Source: Desulfatiglandales bacterium (GTDB taxonomy: Bacteria; Desulfobacterota; DSM-4660; Desulfatiglandales; Desulfatiglandaceae). Taken from it: a stretch of DNA of 64,000 nt. The stretch lies in NCBI GenBank assembly GCA_963662465.1, contig OY759599.1:5344001-5408000 (forward strand). Direction: 5' to 3'. The notes beneath the pieces are model-generated. The model saw nothing but the letters and a program-made list of their open reading frames with translations. It had not been told where the DNA came from and made no database searches. The translations under genes and the position numbers were made by a program. This document shows positions 36,214 through 46,389 of this stretch, piece after piece (position 1 is the stretch's first letter; each line of letters begins with the position of its first letter).

Positions 36214-38037
36214 ATGAAAAAAAAACCCGGCGATCCTTTCGCCCCTGACACGATCTGCGATATTTTAAAAGAGCGAAACCTCATTTCCCCCCTCCAGGAA
36301 AAAATAATCCTGGCAAAAAGGCGCGAGGTTGAAAAAAAGATCGGACTGATCAATCGCGGAAAAAAAGACAATTTTTTTCCGGATGCCCGGTTTTTGGACA
36401 GTATATCCATTATCGATGTGATCACGTTCCTCAATCTCGAACGAGCCGATCAGACGGAAAAAGTGCTGGATGAGGATCTCATCTACCAGACCCTGGCCGA
36501 TGAATGGGATGTTCCCTACAAAAAAATAGATCCCCTCAGGCTGGACCTGAACCTGGTCACCACAACGATCCCCCACACCTTTGCCATGAAACACCTGATC
36601 CTCCCCATTGCCATTGAAGATCGGCATCTCCTTGTGGCCACGGCAAACCCGTTTCTTGAGGAAGTCCTGGAAGATGTGGCAAGGGTCAGCCATATGCCCG
36701 TCAAGCCCGTGGTTACCTCAAAAAGCGACGTCATTCGCTTGATCAAGGAATTTTTCGGCTTCAAACGGTCCATCTCAGCGGCCGAAACCCAGTTTACACG
36801 CCCAGGCGTCGATATCGGAAACCTGGAACAGTATGTGCGTTTGGATGACGCTTCAGATGATCCTGGCGTCAATGTCCGACATATCGTCAACGCCGTGGAT
36901 CATATTCTTTCCTATGCCTTTGACCAGCGCGCAAGCGATATTCACATTGAACCCAAGCGGGAAACCAGCATGGTGAGAATGCGCATCGACGGGGTCCTTC
37001 ACACGGCCTACAACCTTCCCAAGCCGGTTCATGCCGCCATCGTGAGCCGCATCAAAAACCTGGCGCGTTTGGATATGAGTGAAAAAAGGAGGCCCCAGGA
37101 CGGTCGAATCAAGACGGACAAAGCGGGCCTGGAGGTGGAAATCAGAGTGTCCACCATTCCCGTGGCCTTCGGGGAAAAGCTCGTTATGCGGATCATGGAC
37201 CCCACTGTGCTTTTTCAAGATCTGAAATACCTGGGCTTTTCTTCCCGTGATATGGCCTTTTACCAAAAATTCATCGAGATGCCTCACGGCATCGTACTGG
37301 TATGCGGACCTACCGGCAGTGGAAAATCTACAACCCTTTATTCAACCCTTCGAATGCTGTCGACCCCTGAAGTCAATGTGACCACCATTGAAGATCCCAT
37401 AGAAATGATCCATGAAGAATTCAACCAGATCGGCGTTCAGCCGGCAGTCGGGGTAACCTTTGCTTCCATTTTAAGAAATATCCTCCGGCAGGATCCGGAC
37501 ATCATTATGATTGGTGAAATGCGCGATCTGGAGACGGCGGAAAATGCCGTTCAAGCCGCCTTGACCGGGCATCTGGTGTTGTCAACCCTTCACACCAACG
37601 ATGCTCCTTCCGCCGTCACGCGGCTCATGGATCTGGGAATTCCGCCTTTCCTGATTGAAACCACATTGATCGGCGTACTGGCCCAGCGCCTTGTACGAAA
37701 AATTTGTCTTCATTGTCGGAAATCATTTATCATGAACCGTAAGCAACTGGCCCACATGGGTCTCGATCCCGGAAAAGAGGGACAATATAAGCTGTACCGG
37801 GGAGAAGGGTGCGTCAAGTGTCGCGGCACCGGTTATATGGGGCGGATCGGCATTTTCGAGGTGTTCCCCTTGACGGAGCGGATCAAAACTTTGATCCGGG
37901 AACAGGGATCTCAGTCGTCGATTCGAGACGAGGCCCTCCGGCAAGGCATGATTCCCCTCAGGCAAAATGCCATGAAGGCAGTGCTGAAAGGAATAACCAC
38001 ATATCAGGAGGTGCTCAGGGTCACCTGGGAACAGTAG
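36214..38037 (+). CDS. pilB: GspE/PilB family assembly ATPase
   Basis: RASDIHIEP, RRPQDGRI, GPTGSGKST, TIEDPIE, LRQDPDIIMIGEMRD, LSTLHTND, CxxC..CxxC. Confidence 0.9.
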   Translation: MKKKPGDPFAPDTICDILKERNLISPLQEKIILAKRREVEKKIGLINRGKKDNFFPDARFLDSISIIDVITFLNLERADQTEKVLDEDLIYQTLADEWDVPYKKIDPLRLDLNLVTTTIPHTFAMKHLILPIAIEDRHLLVATANPFLEEVLEDVARVSHMPVKPVVTSKSDVIRLIKEFFGFKRSISAAETQFTRPGVDIGNLEQYVRLDDASDDPGVNVRHIVNAVDHILSYAFDQRASDIHIEPKRETSMVRMRIDGVLHTAYNLPKPVHAAIVSRIKNLARLDMSEKRRPQDGRIKTDKAGLEVEIRVSTIPVAFGEKLVMRIMDPTVLFQDLKYLGFSSRDMAFYQKFIEMPHGIVLVCGPTGSGKSTTLYSTLRMLSTPEVNVTTIEDPIEMIHEEFNQIGVQPAVGVTFASILRNILRQDPDIIMIGEMRDLETAENAVQAALTGHLVLSTLHTNDAPSAVTRLMDLGIPPFLIETTLIGVLAQRLVRKICLHCRKSFIMNRKQLAHMGLDPGKEGQYKLYRGEGCVKCRGTGYMGRIGIFEVFPLTERIKTLIREQGSQSSIRDEALRQGMIPLRQNAMKAVLKGITTYQEVLRVTWEQ

Positions 38038-38100
38038 GGCAACGCCGGGTAGTTGCTCTGTTTGGAGTATTATCAGGGCAGGGCGGGGGCCTGTCCCTAC
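38034..38100. repeat. GTAG-type REP doublet
   Basis: GTAGGGCAAC-gccgggta-GTTGCTC ... gggcagggcgggggcctgtccCTAC. Confidence 0.55.
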
Positions 38101-38177
38101 TGTATGTGGTAAGGTCTAGACTCTAACATACAATATGCATGCATTTTCCCATAATTAAACCATCCTGGCATAAACCA

Positions 38178-38206
38178 TTGACAACACTTGGTTTTTATTA
38201 GATAAT
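38178..38206 (+). promoter_or_regulatory. Sigma70 promoter of pilMNOPQ
   Basis: TTGACA-17 bp-GATAAT. Confidence 0.65.
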
Positions 38207-38242
38207 CTACAAATGTCGGTAAATATATGTGGAATATTGTTT

Positions 38243-39325
38243 ATGACCGTAAAGAAAAAAAATCAGTTGGTGGGCGTGGATATTGGCTCCCATTCCATCA
38301 AAGTGGTTGAAATCGATCAAAACAAACGAGGGCGATTTTTAAAGAATTTCGGCGCCGTCGGGTTGCCTCGGAATGCAATTCGGGAAGGCGACATCGTTGA
38401 AAAGACGGTGGTGGCTGAGGCTCTGAAAACGCTTTTTAGAAATCTGAAAATCAAGAACAGAAACGTTGCTGTTGCGTTGTCCGGATATCCGGTCATGGCC
38501 AAACGCATTACGCTGCCCAATACCAACCGAGAGAAGATCGAAAGCGCTATTCACGAACATGCTGAACAATACATACCCTTTGATATAAACGATGTGAATC
38601 TTGATTTTGACATTCTGAAAAGCAATGATGATCCTTTAGAAAAGGAGCATACGGATGAAGAGAATGAAGCCCTTGACGTTATGCTGGTTGCCGCCAAAAA
38701 AGATGTCATTGAAACTTATTTGGAACTGCTGGCAGCCGCGGATCTGACGCCGAGCGTACTGGACGTGGATGTGTTTGCCCTTCAAAATGCGGTTGAAATG
38801 ACCATCGGAGACAACAAAGAAGGTTATGCCATTGTCAATGTAGGGGCCGAAGAACTCGGCATCAATACCCTGTTCAATGGGTCGTCCCTGTTTTCCCGCG
38901 ATTCATCTTTTGGCGGCTCGCAGATCACGGATCTCATTATGAGCCATTTCGACGTGAATTTTGAAAAGGCCGAAGCGATCAAACTCGGTACGGAACAGAA
39001 CAAACCATGGGATGAAAACCTCGTAACCGGCGCTGCCGGCGTGGTTTCGGATTGGGTACAGGAAATCAAGCGCGCCCTGGATTTCGTGGATACCACCTAC
39101 CCGGACAAAACCATCAGCAAAATCTTTATATGCGGTGGTTCCTGCCGGATTAAAGGGTTTCAGGGCTACCTGGAAGACCAGGCCAGACTGCCTGTGCTGG
39201 AATTGAATCCTTTTTCGAATCTCATCACGAACCATGACCTCTTTGATGAAAAATACCTGAACTTTATGGCGCCGCAGGCTTGCGTGGCCACGGGACTGGC
39301 CCTGAGGAGCATTGACGATAAATGA
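38243..39325 (+). CDS. pilM: Type IV pilus assembly protein PilM
   Basis: VGVDIGSHSIKVVE, AEQYIPFDI, VLDVDVFAL, VATGLALR. Confidence 0.95.
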   Translation: MTVKKKNQLVGVDIGSHSIKVVEIDQNKRGRFLKNFGAVGLPRNAIREGDIVEKTVVAEALKTLFRNLKIKNRNVAVALSGYPVMAKRITLPNTNREKIESAIHEHAEQYIPFDINDVNLDFDILKSNDDPLEKEHTDEENEALDVMLVAAKKDVIETYLELLAAADLTPSVLDVDVFALQNAVEMTIGDNKEGYAIVNVGAEELGINTLFNGSSLFSRDSSFGGSQITDLIMSHFDVNFEKAEAIKLGTEQNKPWDENLVTGAAGVVSDWVQEIKRALDFVDTTYPDKTISKIFICGGSCRIKGFQGYLEDQARLPVLELNPFSNLITNHDLFDEKYLNFMAPQACVATGLALRSIDDK

Positions 39326-39921
39326 TTAAAATCAATCTCCTCCCTTTCAGAGGGGCACGCAGAAGAGAAAACGTCAGGCGTCAGATCAACGTTTTCTTTT
39401 TATGCCTGCTCTTCCTTTTTTCGCTCATGTTTTACTTTCACATCGACTCAAACATCCAGTTGGAGGAATTAAAGACCAGGGAAAAAAGCCTTCAAAAAGA
39501 ATTGAAAACTTACGAGCATATCACCAAGGAGATTGCGCAACTTAAAAACGAAACACAAACGCTTAAAACCAAACTGGAAGTCATCCGGAATCTGGAAAAA
39601 CAAAGGGTGGGTCCGGTTCAACTCCTGGCTCAAATCGCATATGCGGCGCCATTGGATCGTTTATGGTTGGAAAGCCTGACGGAGTCCCAAGGCGTGGTAA
39701 CATTGCAGGGAACCGCCATGGACAATGATACCGTGGCGCTTTTCATGACCGAACTTGAAAAGGCGCCCCAGATTCGCTCCGTGGATTTGGATAAGACCAC
39801 GCTCAAGTTTTTTCCGGAGCAAAAACTCAGGGCCGCCGGTTTTGTGTTGACGTGCCGTACGGCTTATGGGGCAGCAGCGCCCGAAAAAGAAAAAAAGCAG
39901 CAGAAGAAAAAAAGGCGGTGA
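39322..39921 (+). CDS. pilN: Type IV pilus assembly protein PilN
   Basis: MIKINLLP, TM helix, coiled coil. Confidence 0.95.
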   Translation: MIKINLLPFRGARRRENVRRQINVFFLCLLFLFSLMFYFHIDSNIQLEELKTREKSLQKELKTYEHITKEIAQLKNETQTLKTKLEVIRNLEKQRVGPVQLLAQIAYAAPLDRLWLESLTESQGVVTLQGTAMDNDTVALFMTELEKAPQIRSVDLDKTTLKFFPEQKLRAAGFVLTCRTAYGAAAPEKEKKQQKKKRR

Positions 39922-39927
39922 TTTTAG

Positions 39928-40557
39928 ATGCTTCTGCCAAAGTTATTAAACTGGCAATCCCTGGTCGAGGCTTTTTTTGAAAAAGCCGGAAAGATCGAGA
40001 GAAAAAAACGCCTTTTGATTTCTTTTGGAACGATTATTTTGTTTTGCGGCGCTTTCTATGCGGTGGATTACATGCCTAAAGCCGAAAAAATCGCCAATGT
40101 GAAAGAGAATGTGGATCGGTTGGAACAACAGTTAAGGACAGTCAAGATTCGCGCTGGAAGTTTACGGAAATTCAGGGAAGAATTTGCACGGGTGCAGGAA
40201 CAATTTCAAGATGCTCTCAAACTGCTGCCGGACAAACGAGAAATCCCTAATCTTTTGCGGAATATTTCACAGATGGGAACAGATTCCAACCTCGAGTTTC
40301 GCCTCATCAGTCCCCAACCGGAAAAACCCAAGGATTTTTATATGGAAATTCCCGTAGCGCTGGAAGTAAAAGGCGATTATCGAAACATTACCCTCTTCTT
40401 TGACCAAATCGGGCGTATGGATCGTATTATGAATATTCTCAATATCTCCATGAGCCCGGATAAGCCTCTGTCGACGACGCTCATCACAAAATGCATGGCC
40501 ATTACCTACCGGTTTAAAGGAAAAGACGATGTTAAAGAAGCGCCTAAAAAGAAATAA
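39928..40557 (+). CDS. pilO: Type IV pilus assembly protein PilO
   Basis: LLPDKREIPNLL, FYMEIPV.L.V.GDY, AITYRF. Confidence 0.95.
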   Translation: MLLPKLLNWQSLVEAFFEKAGKIERKKRLLISFGTIILFCGAFYAVDYMPKAEKIANVKENVDRLEQQLRTVKIRAGSLRKFREEFARVQEQFQDALKLLPDKREIPNLLRNISQMGTDSNLEFRLISPQPEKPKDFYMEIPVALEVKGDYRNITLFFDQIGRMDRIMNILNISMSPDKPLSTTLITKCMAITYRFKGKDDVKEAPKKK

Positions 40558-41155
40558 CAGGCGTATCGCACCTGCGCTTTTTTTGTTCATTGCTCTGGGG
40601 CTCTGTATGGTGATGCTTATCCGGCAAAATGCAGCCCACGCAAGTTCAACGGTCGTCTACAAACCCATGCTCCCTCAGAAAAACTTAAACACCGGTGAAA
40701 GCACCCCCCCCCCTCCCATGGATCTGGAAACGCTGCCGGACCCTTTTCTCTCCTATCTGGTGAGAGCGGGAAGAAACGAGGCGGCCCTGCTGAACCAGGA
40801 AAAAGAGAAGCTCAAACAAGCGGAACAAAAACTCGCGAATTTGAAGGCCGATGCGGCTGAAAGGCTGCGGCAAATGCGGGAACCCAAAACTGAACTTCAA
40901 AAACTGAACCTGCACCAGCTTTTATTGACGGCGATTATCCGCTCTCCGGAAGGGGCATGGGCCATGGTCAGGGATGAAAAGGGCATGGGCTACATCCTTA
41001 AAAAAGGAACCGCCATCGGTACCATGGGGGGGCGTGTCGCAAAAATATCCGGGCCACAGAAAAAAGTCATCATTAAAGAACCCTATTTGGAAAAAGAGAT
41101 TGAAATCAAGTATAAGACGGTTTCCATCGAGTTGCCGGACGAGGTTTTTGAATAA
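40529..41155 (+). CDS. pilP: Type IV pilus assembly protein PilP
   Basis: PDPF, TELQKL.L.QL.LTAII, AMVRD..G.GYILKKGT.IG..GG.V..I. Confidence 0.85.
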   Translation: MLKKRLKRNNRRIAPALFLFIALGLCMVMLIRQNAAHASSTVVYKPMLPQKNLNTGESTPPPPMDLETLPDPFLSYLVRAGRNEAALLNQEKEKLKQAEQKLANLKADAAERLRQMREPKTELQKLNLHQLLLTAIIRSPEGAWAMVRDEKGMGYILKKGTAIGTMGGRVAKISGPQKKVIIKEPYLEKEIEIKYKTVSIELPDEVFE

Positions 41156-41171
41156 GAGTGGGGAAAAGTAA

Positions 41172-42500
41172 ATGAAAAGGATAACCCAATGGATGATATG
41201 CCTGTTTCTAGTGGGATGTGTGTTCTCGACGGCCACGGTCGCCGAGGAAAGTGACCTGTTATCCCTGAATGCGGGCATCGACCAACTGGCGTTACAACTG
41301 ACCCGCAAAATCGCCGACAGATACTTCAATGCGGATAAAAAGCCCTTGGTCCGGGTGGCTTTTTTCGACTTTGTCGACGCCGAAGGCAACATTACCGTTG
41401 GGTCGCGATATGTTTCAACCCGGCTCAGGCTGGCCTTTGCCGAGGGTCTTCAGTTTGAACTCCTTCCGGTTCAAGATTTTGAAAAACGGGGAGTTGTACT
41501 CACCCCAAAAGAATTTTCAAACAACGTTGGTTTGAAAGAACAACTGATGGATGAATTTAGAGCGGATGTTTACATTTTCGGAACCGTTGCTGCGGAAGGA
41601 GATTCAAACGAGGTCTGCAAGGTGACGCTCTGGGGGATTGCGCCACCTTATGAAAACTGGTACACAATCGAATCCCTCGATGTTGAAAACCCCCTCCCAT
41701 GGAAACTGGCCTTCTCCCCCTCGGGGAGTCAATTTTTCAAACATGTGACGATGGAAGGCGCAAGCGGCGTAAAAAAAGAGATCAAAGGGGAAAACCTGGG
41801 AAAGGTTATATTCTTAACCCAACCCATCTGCGACGATCTGAATCTTTCCTGGCAAATCAAAGCAGACGGAATGGTGTACGACCTTCGGAAAATTCGTGAT
41901 ATCGGGTCATTGCGGAATCGAACCGGGGGCGTCTTTCAGAGCCGCGTCAAAAGCCGGGAAACACTGAAAGAACTGAGCTACGTCATCCAGGATTGCGCCC
42001 TTATCATCAGGGAACAGGACGGCAACGGGTTTAAATGCGAGCCTTACGTGATCCCGGAAGAGAGCGATTATTTCTTTCTTCCCATCAGCCGGGATGAAAC
42101 CGGTCTGCGGTTTCAATATATATGGGGAAGACGGGGCCTGAGTAAGCGACCCTCCTCCATTGAAGGCGGCAAAGGCTGGAAACTTAACATGGCGCAGGAG
42201 GATTATGACATGATTCTTCCCGTTGGCGCGAATATGGCCACGGCCGTTCTCTCCCCTATCGCCGAAAGCCTCTACGGCTCAAAAACGCCCCGGGCCGATT
42301 ATGTCATTCGATTCAAATTTCTGGTCAAGCCTGGGCTGAACATTTACGTCATCAACTTTGAGTACAAGCGAGACTGGCCCGAAATCTATGTGCGCCGACT
42401 GGAAATAGAGGAAACGCGCGATATCCCAAAGATCAAATCCATAAGAAAAATCACAGAGGTTTACCGGGTTTACGGCGAAGAAACGGGCGAGGAGGATTGA
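41172..42500 (+). CDS. Exported hypothetical protein inserted between pilP and pilQ (FlgO/TolB-N-like N-terminal region)
   Basis: Signal peptide; GIDQLA.QL...RVAFFDFVD.EG.....SRYV; closely coupled to neighbours. Confidence 0.65.
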   Translation: MKRITQWMICLFLVGCVFSTATVAEESDLLSLNAGIDQLALQLTRKIADRYFNADKKPLVRVAFFDFVDAEGNITVGSRYVSTRLRLAFAEGLQFELLPVQDFEKRGVVLTPKEFSNNVGLKEQLMDEFRADVYIFGTVAAEGDSNEVCKVTLWGIAPPYENWYTIESLDVENPLPWKLAFSPSGSQFFKHVTMEGASGVKKEIKGENLGKVIFLTQPICDDLNLSWQIKADGMVYDLRKIRDIGSLRNRTGGVFQSRVKSRETLKELSYVIQDCALIIREQDGNGFKCEPYVIPEESDYFFLPISRDETGLRFQYIWGRRGLSKRPSSIEGGKGWKLNMAQEDYDMILPVGANMATAVLSPIAESLYGSKTPRADYVIRFKFLVKPGLNIYVINFEYKRDWPEIYVRRLEIEETRDIPKIKSIRKITEVYRVYGEETGEED

Positions 42501-44882
42501 TTGATGCGATTAAATAAAAACAGGGCATTGCCGAACACGTTGGGCTTTTGGCTCTCCCTGCTGGGCTTCCTGATGTGTTCCTGTTCGACCCCTTCCGCCA
42601 TCCAGGTCACGGATGAAACCGGCCGCCAAGGGATTCTGGAGGCCATTGAGATCACAGCAACGCCTGAAAAGACCACCATCACCATGACGGCTCCCGGCGT
42701 TCGGACCGATCGGAAAGCCTACACCCTCACCGATCCGCTGCGCATCTGCGTGGACATTCAGGGAAAGCCTGCGGAAGACCTGCCCAGGCAGTGGTATCCG
42801 GAAGAGGGTCCCGTCGAAAAAGTCATGATTCAGGATCGCGGTCCCGGTCACATGGGCATGGTGGTATATGTCAGGCCCGAGGAGTATAAATACCGACTTA
42901 CGCCCGGAAAAGACAAGATTCTCCTGACGGTTACGCCGTTGGGTTCCGAAAAATTCGCAGCCCCTAAACCGGCTTCGCCGGTACAGGGTGATGCACCACA
43001 ACCAAAAAATCTTAATGTGGCCGTCATTGAGCGATCCGGCAACCGCACCCGACTGAGTATCGCTATAGACCGGCAAATCGAACACAATATCAACCTGGAC
43101 GGAAACCTTCTCTTGATCGATTTAAAAGGCGTTGCGGTGACGCCCCAGGGGTTAAAAGCGCTTGAGGTCGACCCCGTGGGAGGGGCCATCAAGGGTATCC
43201 GAGCCGTTTATTCACCCCAGGGCCCAACTGTACGCCTGAAAGTCATTTTAAGGGTGCCGGCGCCATACCATGTCACCCGTGATGAGACCCTGCTGATGGT
43301 TGATTTTGACGCCATGCCGGACGGGTCGTTGACTCCTCCGACCCCGGCTTTGCCGGCTCCGCCTGCCGTTATCCGGCCTGCGGCCCCCAAGTCTCCCGCC
43401 AAGCCGGCCCAAAGAATATCCGGCAATTCCCAACTTTCCGCCGGGACAAAGCGCGGCGATTCCAACGAAAAAACCCGCGCTGAACTTTCCGAGGCTACCA
43501 GCAAGGAGTACGCCGGCCAGAAGATGAGCTTCGACTTTGTGGATACGGACATTCGCAATATCCTCAAGCTCCTGGCTGAAGTGGCCAACCTCAACATTGT
43601 TTGGGGAACCGATGTGGAAGGCAAAATATCCATGCGGCTGGATAACGTCCCATGGGATCAAGCCCTGGAAATGGTCCTTAAGCCCAACGGATTGACCTAC
43701 CAGATTGAAGATGAAGTACTCTGGGTGGTTCCCCGGGCCAAACTGATGGACATGGAGATCGCCGAAAAAAAGCGAAAAGGCGCTTTAATGGCCGCCAAAC
43801 GGCTCCAGGGGATATTTGAAGCCAAGGTGGTGGAATTTATCACGGTTCGCCACAGACCCGTGGCGGACATTTTCAAGATGCTCGTGGGGGATGCCAGTGC
43901 AACGCCGCCGGTCCTGCCCATCCTGGATGTTGAAAGCGCAGAATCCCAGGAAAAAGAAGAAGGAGAGGAACAACAGGGAAAAAACATCAAAATCGCCGCT
44001 CTGGATCTTTATCTCTCCTATGATTCGGGCACCAACATGATTATTGCAAACGGGGTCCGCGCCAAGGTGGACAAGGTCAAGGAGCTTGTCCACAAGCTGG
44101 ATGTACCGGAAAAACAGGTACTGATCGAAGCCCGAATCGTGGAAGCCACCACCGGCTTTACCCGGGATCTCGGGATACAATGGCAATCCCTGGATGGGCA
44201 GAACAACGGCATTACCCGAAAATGGTACAACTCCAGCGGCAGCGCCTTTGACGGCAGTTTCTCCACCAATGCACCGGCAAACTGGGCCCCCAATATCGGA
44301 CTGGCATTCGGCTGGCTCACGGACGGGGGCTTAGGCTCCCTGGCTCTGGATGCTTCCCTGGCCCTGGCCGAGGAAGATCAGAAGGTCAACATCATCTCGG
44401 CGCCCAAGGTGATGACGGTTAACGGAGGGGAGGCCTTCATATCACGGGGGACCGTGGAATACTTTTCCGTCAGGACCCTGGATACCATTAGTTTCGAACA
44501 GATCCCCGCGGTACTCTCCCTGAAAGTCAGTCCCACGGTAAGCGCGGATAACTCTCACGTGACTATGGTGGTGGAGGTAACGGACGACAAGTCCCTTCCC
44601 GCTGAACAAACGGACACGGCGGAAGGAACCCAGGAGTCTCCGCCGGGACGGACCGAAAAGAAGATCACCAGCACCCTGATTGTAAAAACCGGGGATACAG
44701 TGGTGATCGGCGGCATCTATCAAAAAGAGGAGCGAACCGGGGATTCGGGAATCCCGTTTTTAAAGGATATCCCCCTTGTGGGATGGCTCTTCAAGGCTGA
44801 GCGAAAAGAGCGGGGGCAAACAGAACTGTTGATCTTCTTGACTCCCACCGTGGTCAAGAGCATTATTGAAAAGGATTTATGA
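42501..44882 (+). CDS. pilQ: Type IV pilus secretin PilQ (AMIN domains, STN, secretin)
   Basis: MSFDFVDTDIRNIL, VPWDQALE, QVLIEARIVEA, GIPFLKDIPLVGWLFK, ELLIFLTP. Confidence 0.95.
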   Translation: MMRLNKNRALPNTLGFWLSLLGFLMCSCSTPSAIQVTDETGRQGILEAIEITATPEKTTITMTAPGVRTDRKAYTLTDPLRICVDIQGKPAEDLPRQWYPEEGPVEKVMIQDRGPGHMGMVVYVRPEEYKYRLTPGKDKILLTVTPLGSEKFAAPKPASPVQGDAPQPKNLNVAVIERSGNRTRLSIAIDRQIEHNINLDGNLLLIDLKGVAVTPQGLKALEVDPVGGAIKGIRAVYSPQGPTVRLKVILRVPAPYHVTRDETLLMVDFDAMPDGSLTPPTPALPAPPAVIRPAAPKSPAKPAQRISGNSQLSAGTKRGDSNEKTRAELSEATSKEYAGQKMSFDFVDTDIRNILKLLAEVANLNIVWGTDVEGKISMRLDNVPWDQALEMVLKPNGLTYQIEDEVLWVVPRAKLMDMEIAEKKRKGALMAAKRLQGIFEAKVVEFITVRHRPVADIFKMLVGDASATPPVLPILDVESAESQEKEEGEEQQGKNIKIAALDLYLSYDSGTNMIIANGVRAKVDKVKELVHKLDVPEKQVLIEARIVEATTGFTRDLGIQWQSLDGQNNGITRKWYNSSGSAFDGSFSTNAPANWAPNIGLAFGWLTDGGLGSLALDASLALAEEDQKVNIISAPKVMTVNGGEAFISRGTVEYFSVRTLDTISFEQIPAVLSLKVSPTVSADNSHVTMVVEVTDDKSLPAEQTDTAEGTQESPPGRTEKKITSTLIVKTGDTVVIGGIYQKEERTGDSGIPFLKDIPLVGWLFKAERKERGQTELLIFLTPTVVKSIIEKDL

Positions 44883-45658
44883 TGCATTTAAGGGAACGTT
44901 GTTTTTCGGGTGTTTTGGGGTTGTTTTCGGTATTGTTCTTGCTCGTACTTCTGTTCGGGTGCGGCGCCGACCAGGCCGCTCAAAAGAAAAAAGCAAACTC
45001 CCTGGCAAATCTGGGCGACGCCATGGCCGCCGATGGGAATACCCGGGGAGGCTTGCGAAAACTTCTGGAAGCAGCCAGGCTGAACCCGGAAAATGCCATG
45101 ATACACCAGCAGATTGCCCTTGTTTTTCGAACCCTGGGGGATTACCCGCTTTCCCTTAAATATTTCCGCAAGGCCCTGGAATTGCAGCCCCGGTTTCCCG
45201 AAGCCACAAACAACATGGGGACCGTTTATCTGCTCATGGGAGATTGGAAAAAGGCCATTGCCTGTTTCAACGAAGCTGCGGATGACATCCAATATGAAAC
45301 ACCCCAATATGCCTATAACAACATAGGTCTGGCCTATTTCAAAATGGGCGATGATCAAAAGGCCATCCAAAGCTATGAGCGGGCGCTGAGACTGACACCC
45401 TCCTATGCGGTTTGCCATATCAATCTGGCGAACGTTTACGAGGCCAAAGGAGACGTAAAACAAGCAGAGGTCCAATACCGGGAGGCGCTTCTCTACCAAC
45501 CCCGCAACCCGGCAGCCCATCTGGGGATGGCGAAACTGCTGATCCAAAACGGCAACCCCCAGGAGGCCAAAGAACACCTGGTCCAGGTCATTAAGGCTGA
45601 ACCCAAGGGGCCGGAAGCCAGGGAGGCGAGAAAACTGCTGGAAACGCTTCAGGGTTGA
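44879..45658 (+). CDS. pilF: TPR lipoprotein, PilF/Tgl pilotin-like
   Basis: Lipobox LFGC, multiple TPRs, YETPQYAYNNIG; directly after pilQ. Confidence 0.8.
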   Translation: MMHLRERCFSGVLGLFSVLFLLVLLFGCGADQAAQKKKANSLANLGDAMAADGNTRGGLRKLLEAARLNPENAMIHQQIALVFRTLGDYPLSLKYFRKALELQPRFPEATNNMGTVYLLMGDWKKAIACFNEAADDIQYETPQYAYNNIGLAYFKMGDDQKAIQSYERALRLTPSYAVCHINLANVYEAKGDVKQAEVQYREALLYQPRNPAAHLGMAKLLIQNGNPQEAKEHLVQVIKAEPKGPEAREARKLLETLQG

Positions 45659-45796
45659 GATTTGGTTTTTTCTCGCGCAAAGGCGCAAAGGCGCAAAGAA
45701 AAAATGTGACCTTTTGGGTGGTTGCGGTGTTTACAAAATGATAAAATTGGAAAAAGGAAAGGTGTGCCGGATTCTTCCGGATGACGATATAAGTAG

Positions 45797-46309
45797 ATGC
45801 GAAGCGCCAGGTCATCTCGGTCGGACGGGGGGAATTTTAATATAATGAGATGGTTGATAATGTTTTGCTTTGGGGTTTGTTTGGGTTGTTTTTTTCCGCC
45901 GGCGTCGGGCTATGCGGTTGAGAATTCTCCGAGGATTATGGATCGCGAAATCATTGAAGCCCTTACCCGACTGGAGGAGGGTGTTAAGACCAACAGGGAA
46001 ATGATTGTAAACTTGCGAACCGAAATGGGTTACATGCGAACCGAGATGGGTTCCTTGCGAACCGAAATGGGTTCCATGCGAACCGAAATCCTGGGGTTCA
46101 TGAAGTGGGGTTTCGGCCTGCTGTTTACCGGCATGCTTATTCTTGTGGGTTTCATACTTTGGGACCGGCGCAGTACTCTGCAGCCCGTTAGGGAAGATAT
46201 TGCCGAATTGGAAACACTCAAGGTAGATCGCGTTATTGCCGCCATGAGAACTCTTGCTAAGGAAGATTCCAGGGTTGCGCAGGTCCTTCGAGGTGTGGGA
46301 TTGCTTTAA
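45797..46309 (+). CDS. Coiled-coil membrane hypothetical protein with RTEMG heptad repeats (start likely ATG 45845)
   Basis: DREIIEALTRLEEG, (LRTEMGS)n, TM ..VGFILWDRRS. Confidence 0.7.
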   Translation: MRSARSSRSDGGNFNIMRWLIMFCFGVCLGCFFPPASGYAVENSPRIMDREIIEALTRLEEGVKTNREMIVNLRTEMGYMRTEMGSLRTEMGSMRTEILGFMKWGFGLLFTGMLILVGFILWDRRSTLQPVREDIAELETLKVDRVIAAMRTLAKEDSRVAQVLRGVGLL

Positions 46310-46389
46310 AACGCGGAGCGGGATAAAGTTATCAGAAGAATAAAACAGTTCAAAAATCCGCAATCAAAAAATGGGTGGGGGAAAGAGAA

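Noticed and set aside
38166..38182. Sigma54 box upstream of pilM (TGGCATAAACCATTGAC)
   Set aside because: Spacing is off by one and the -12 GC is missing; the sigma70 match is better
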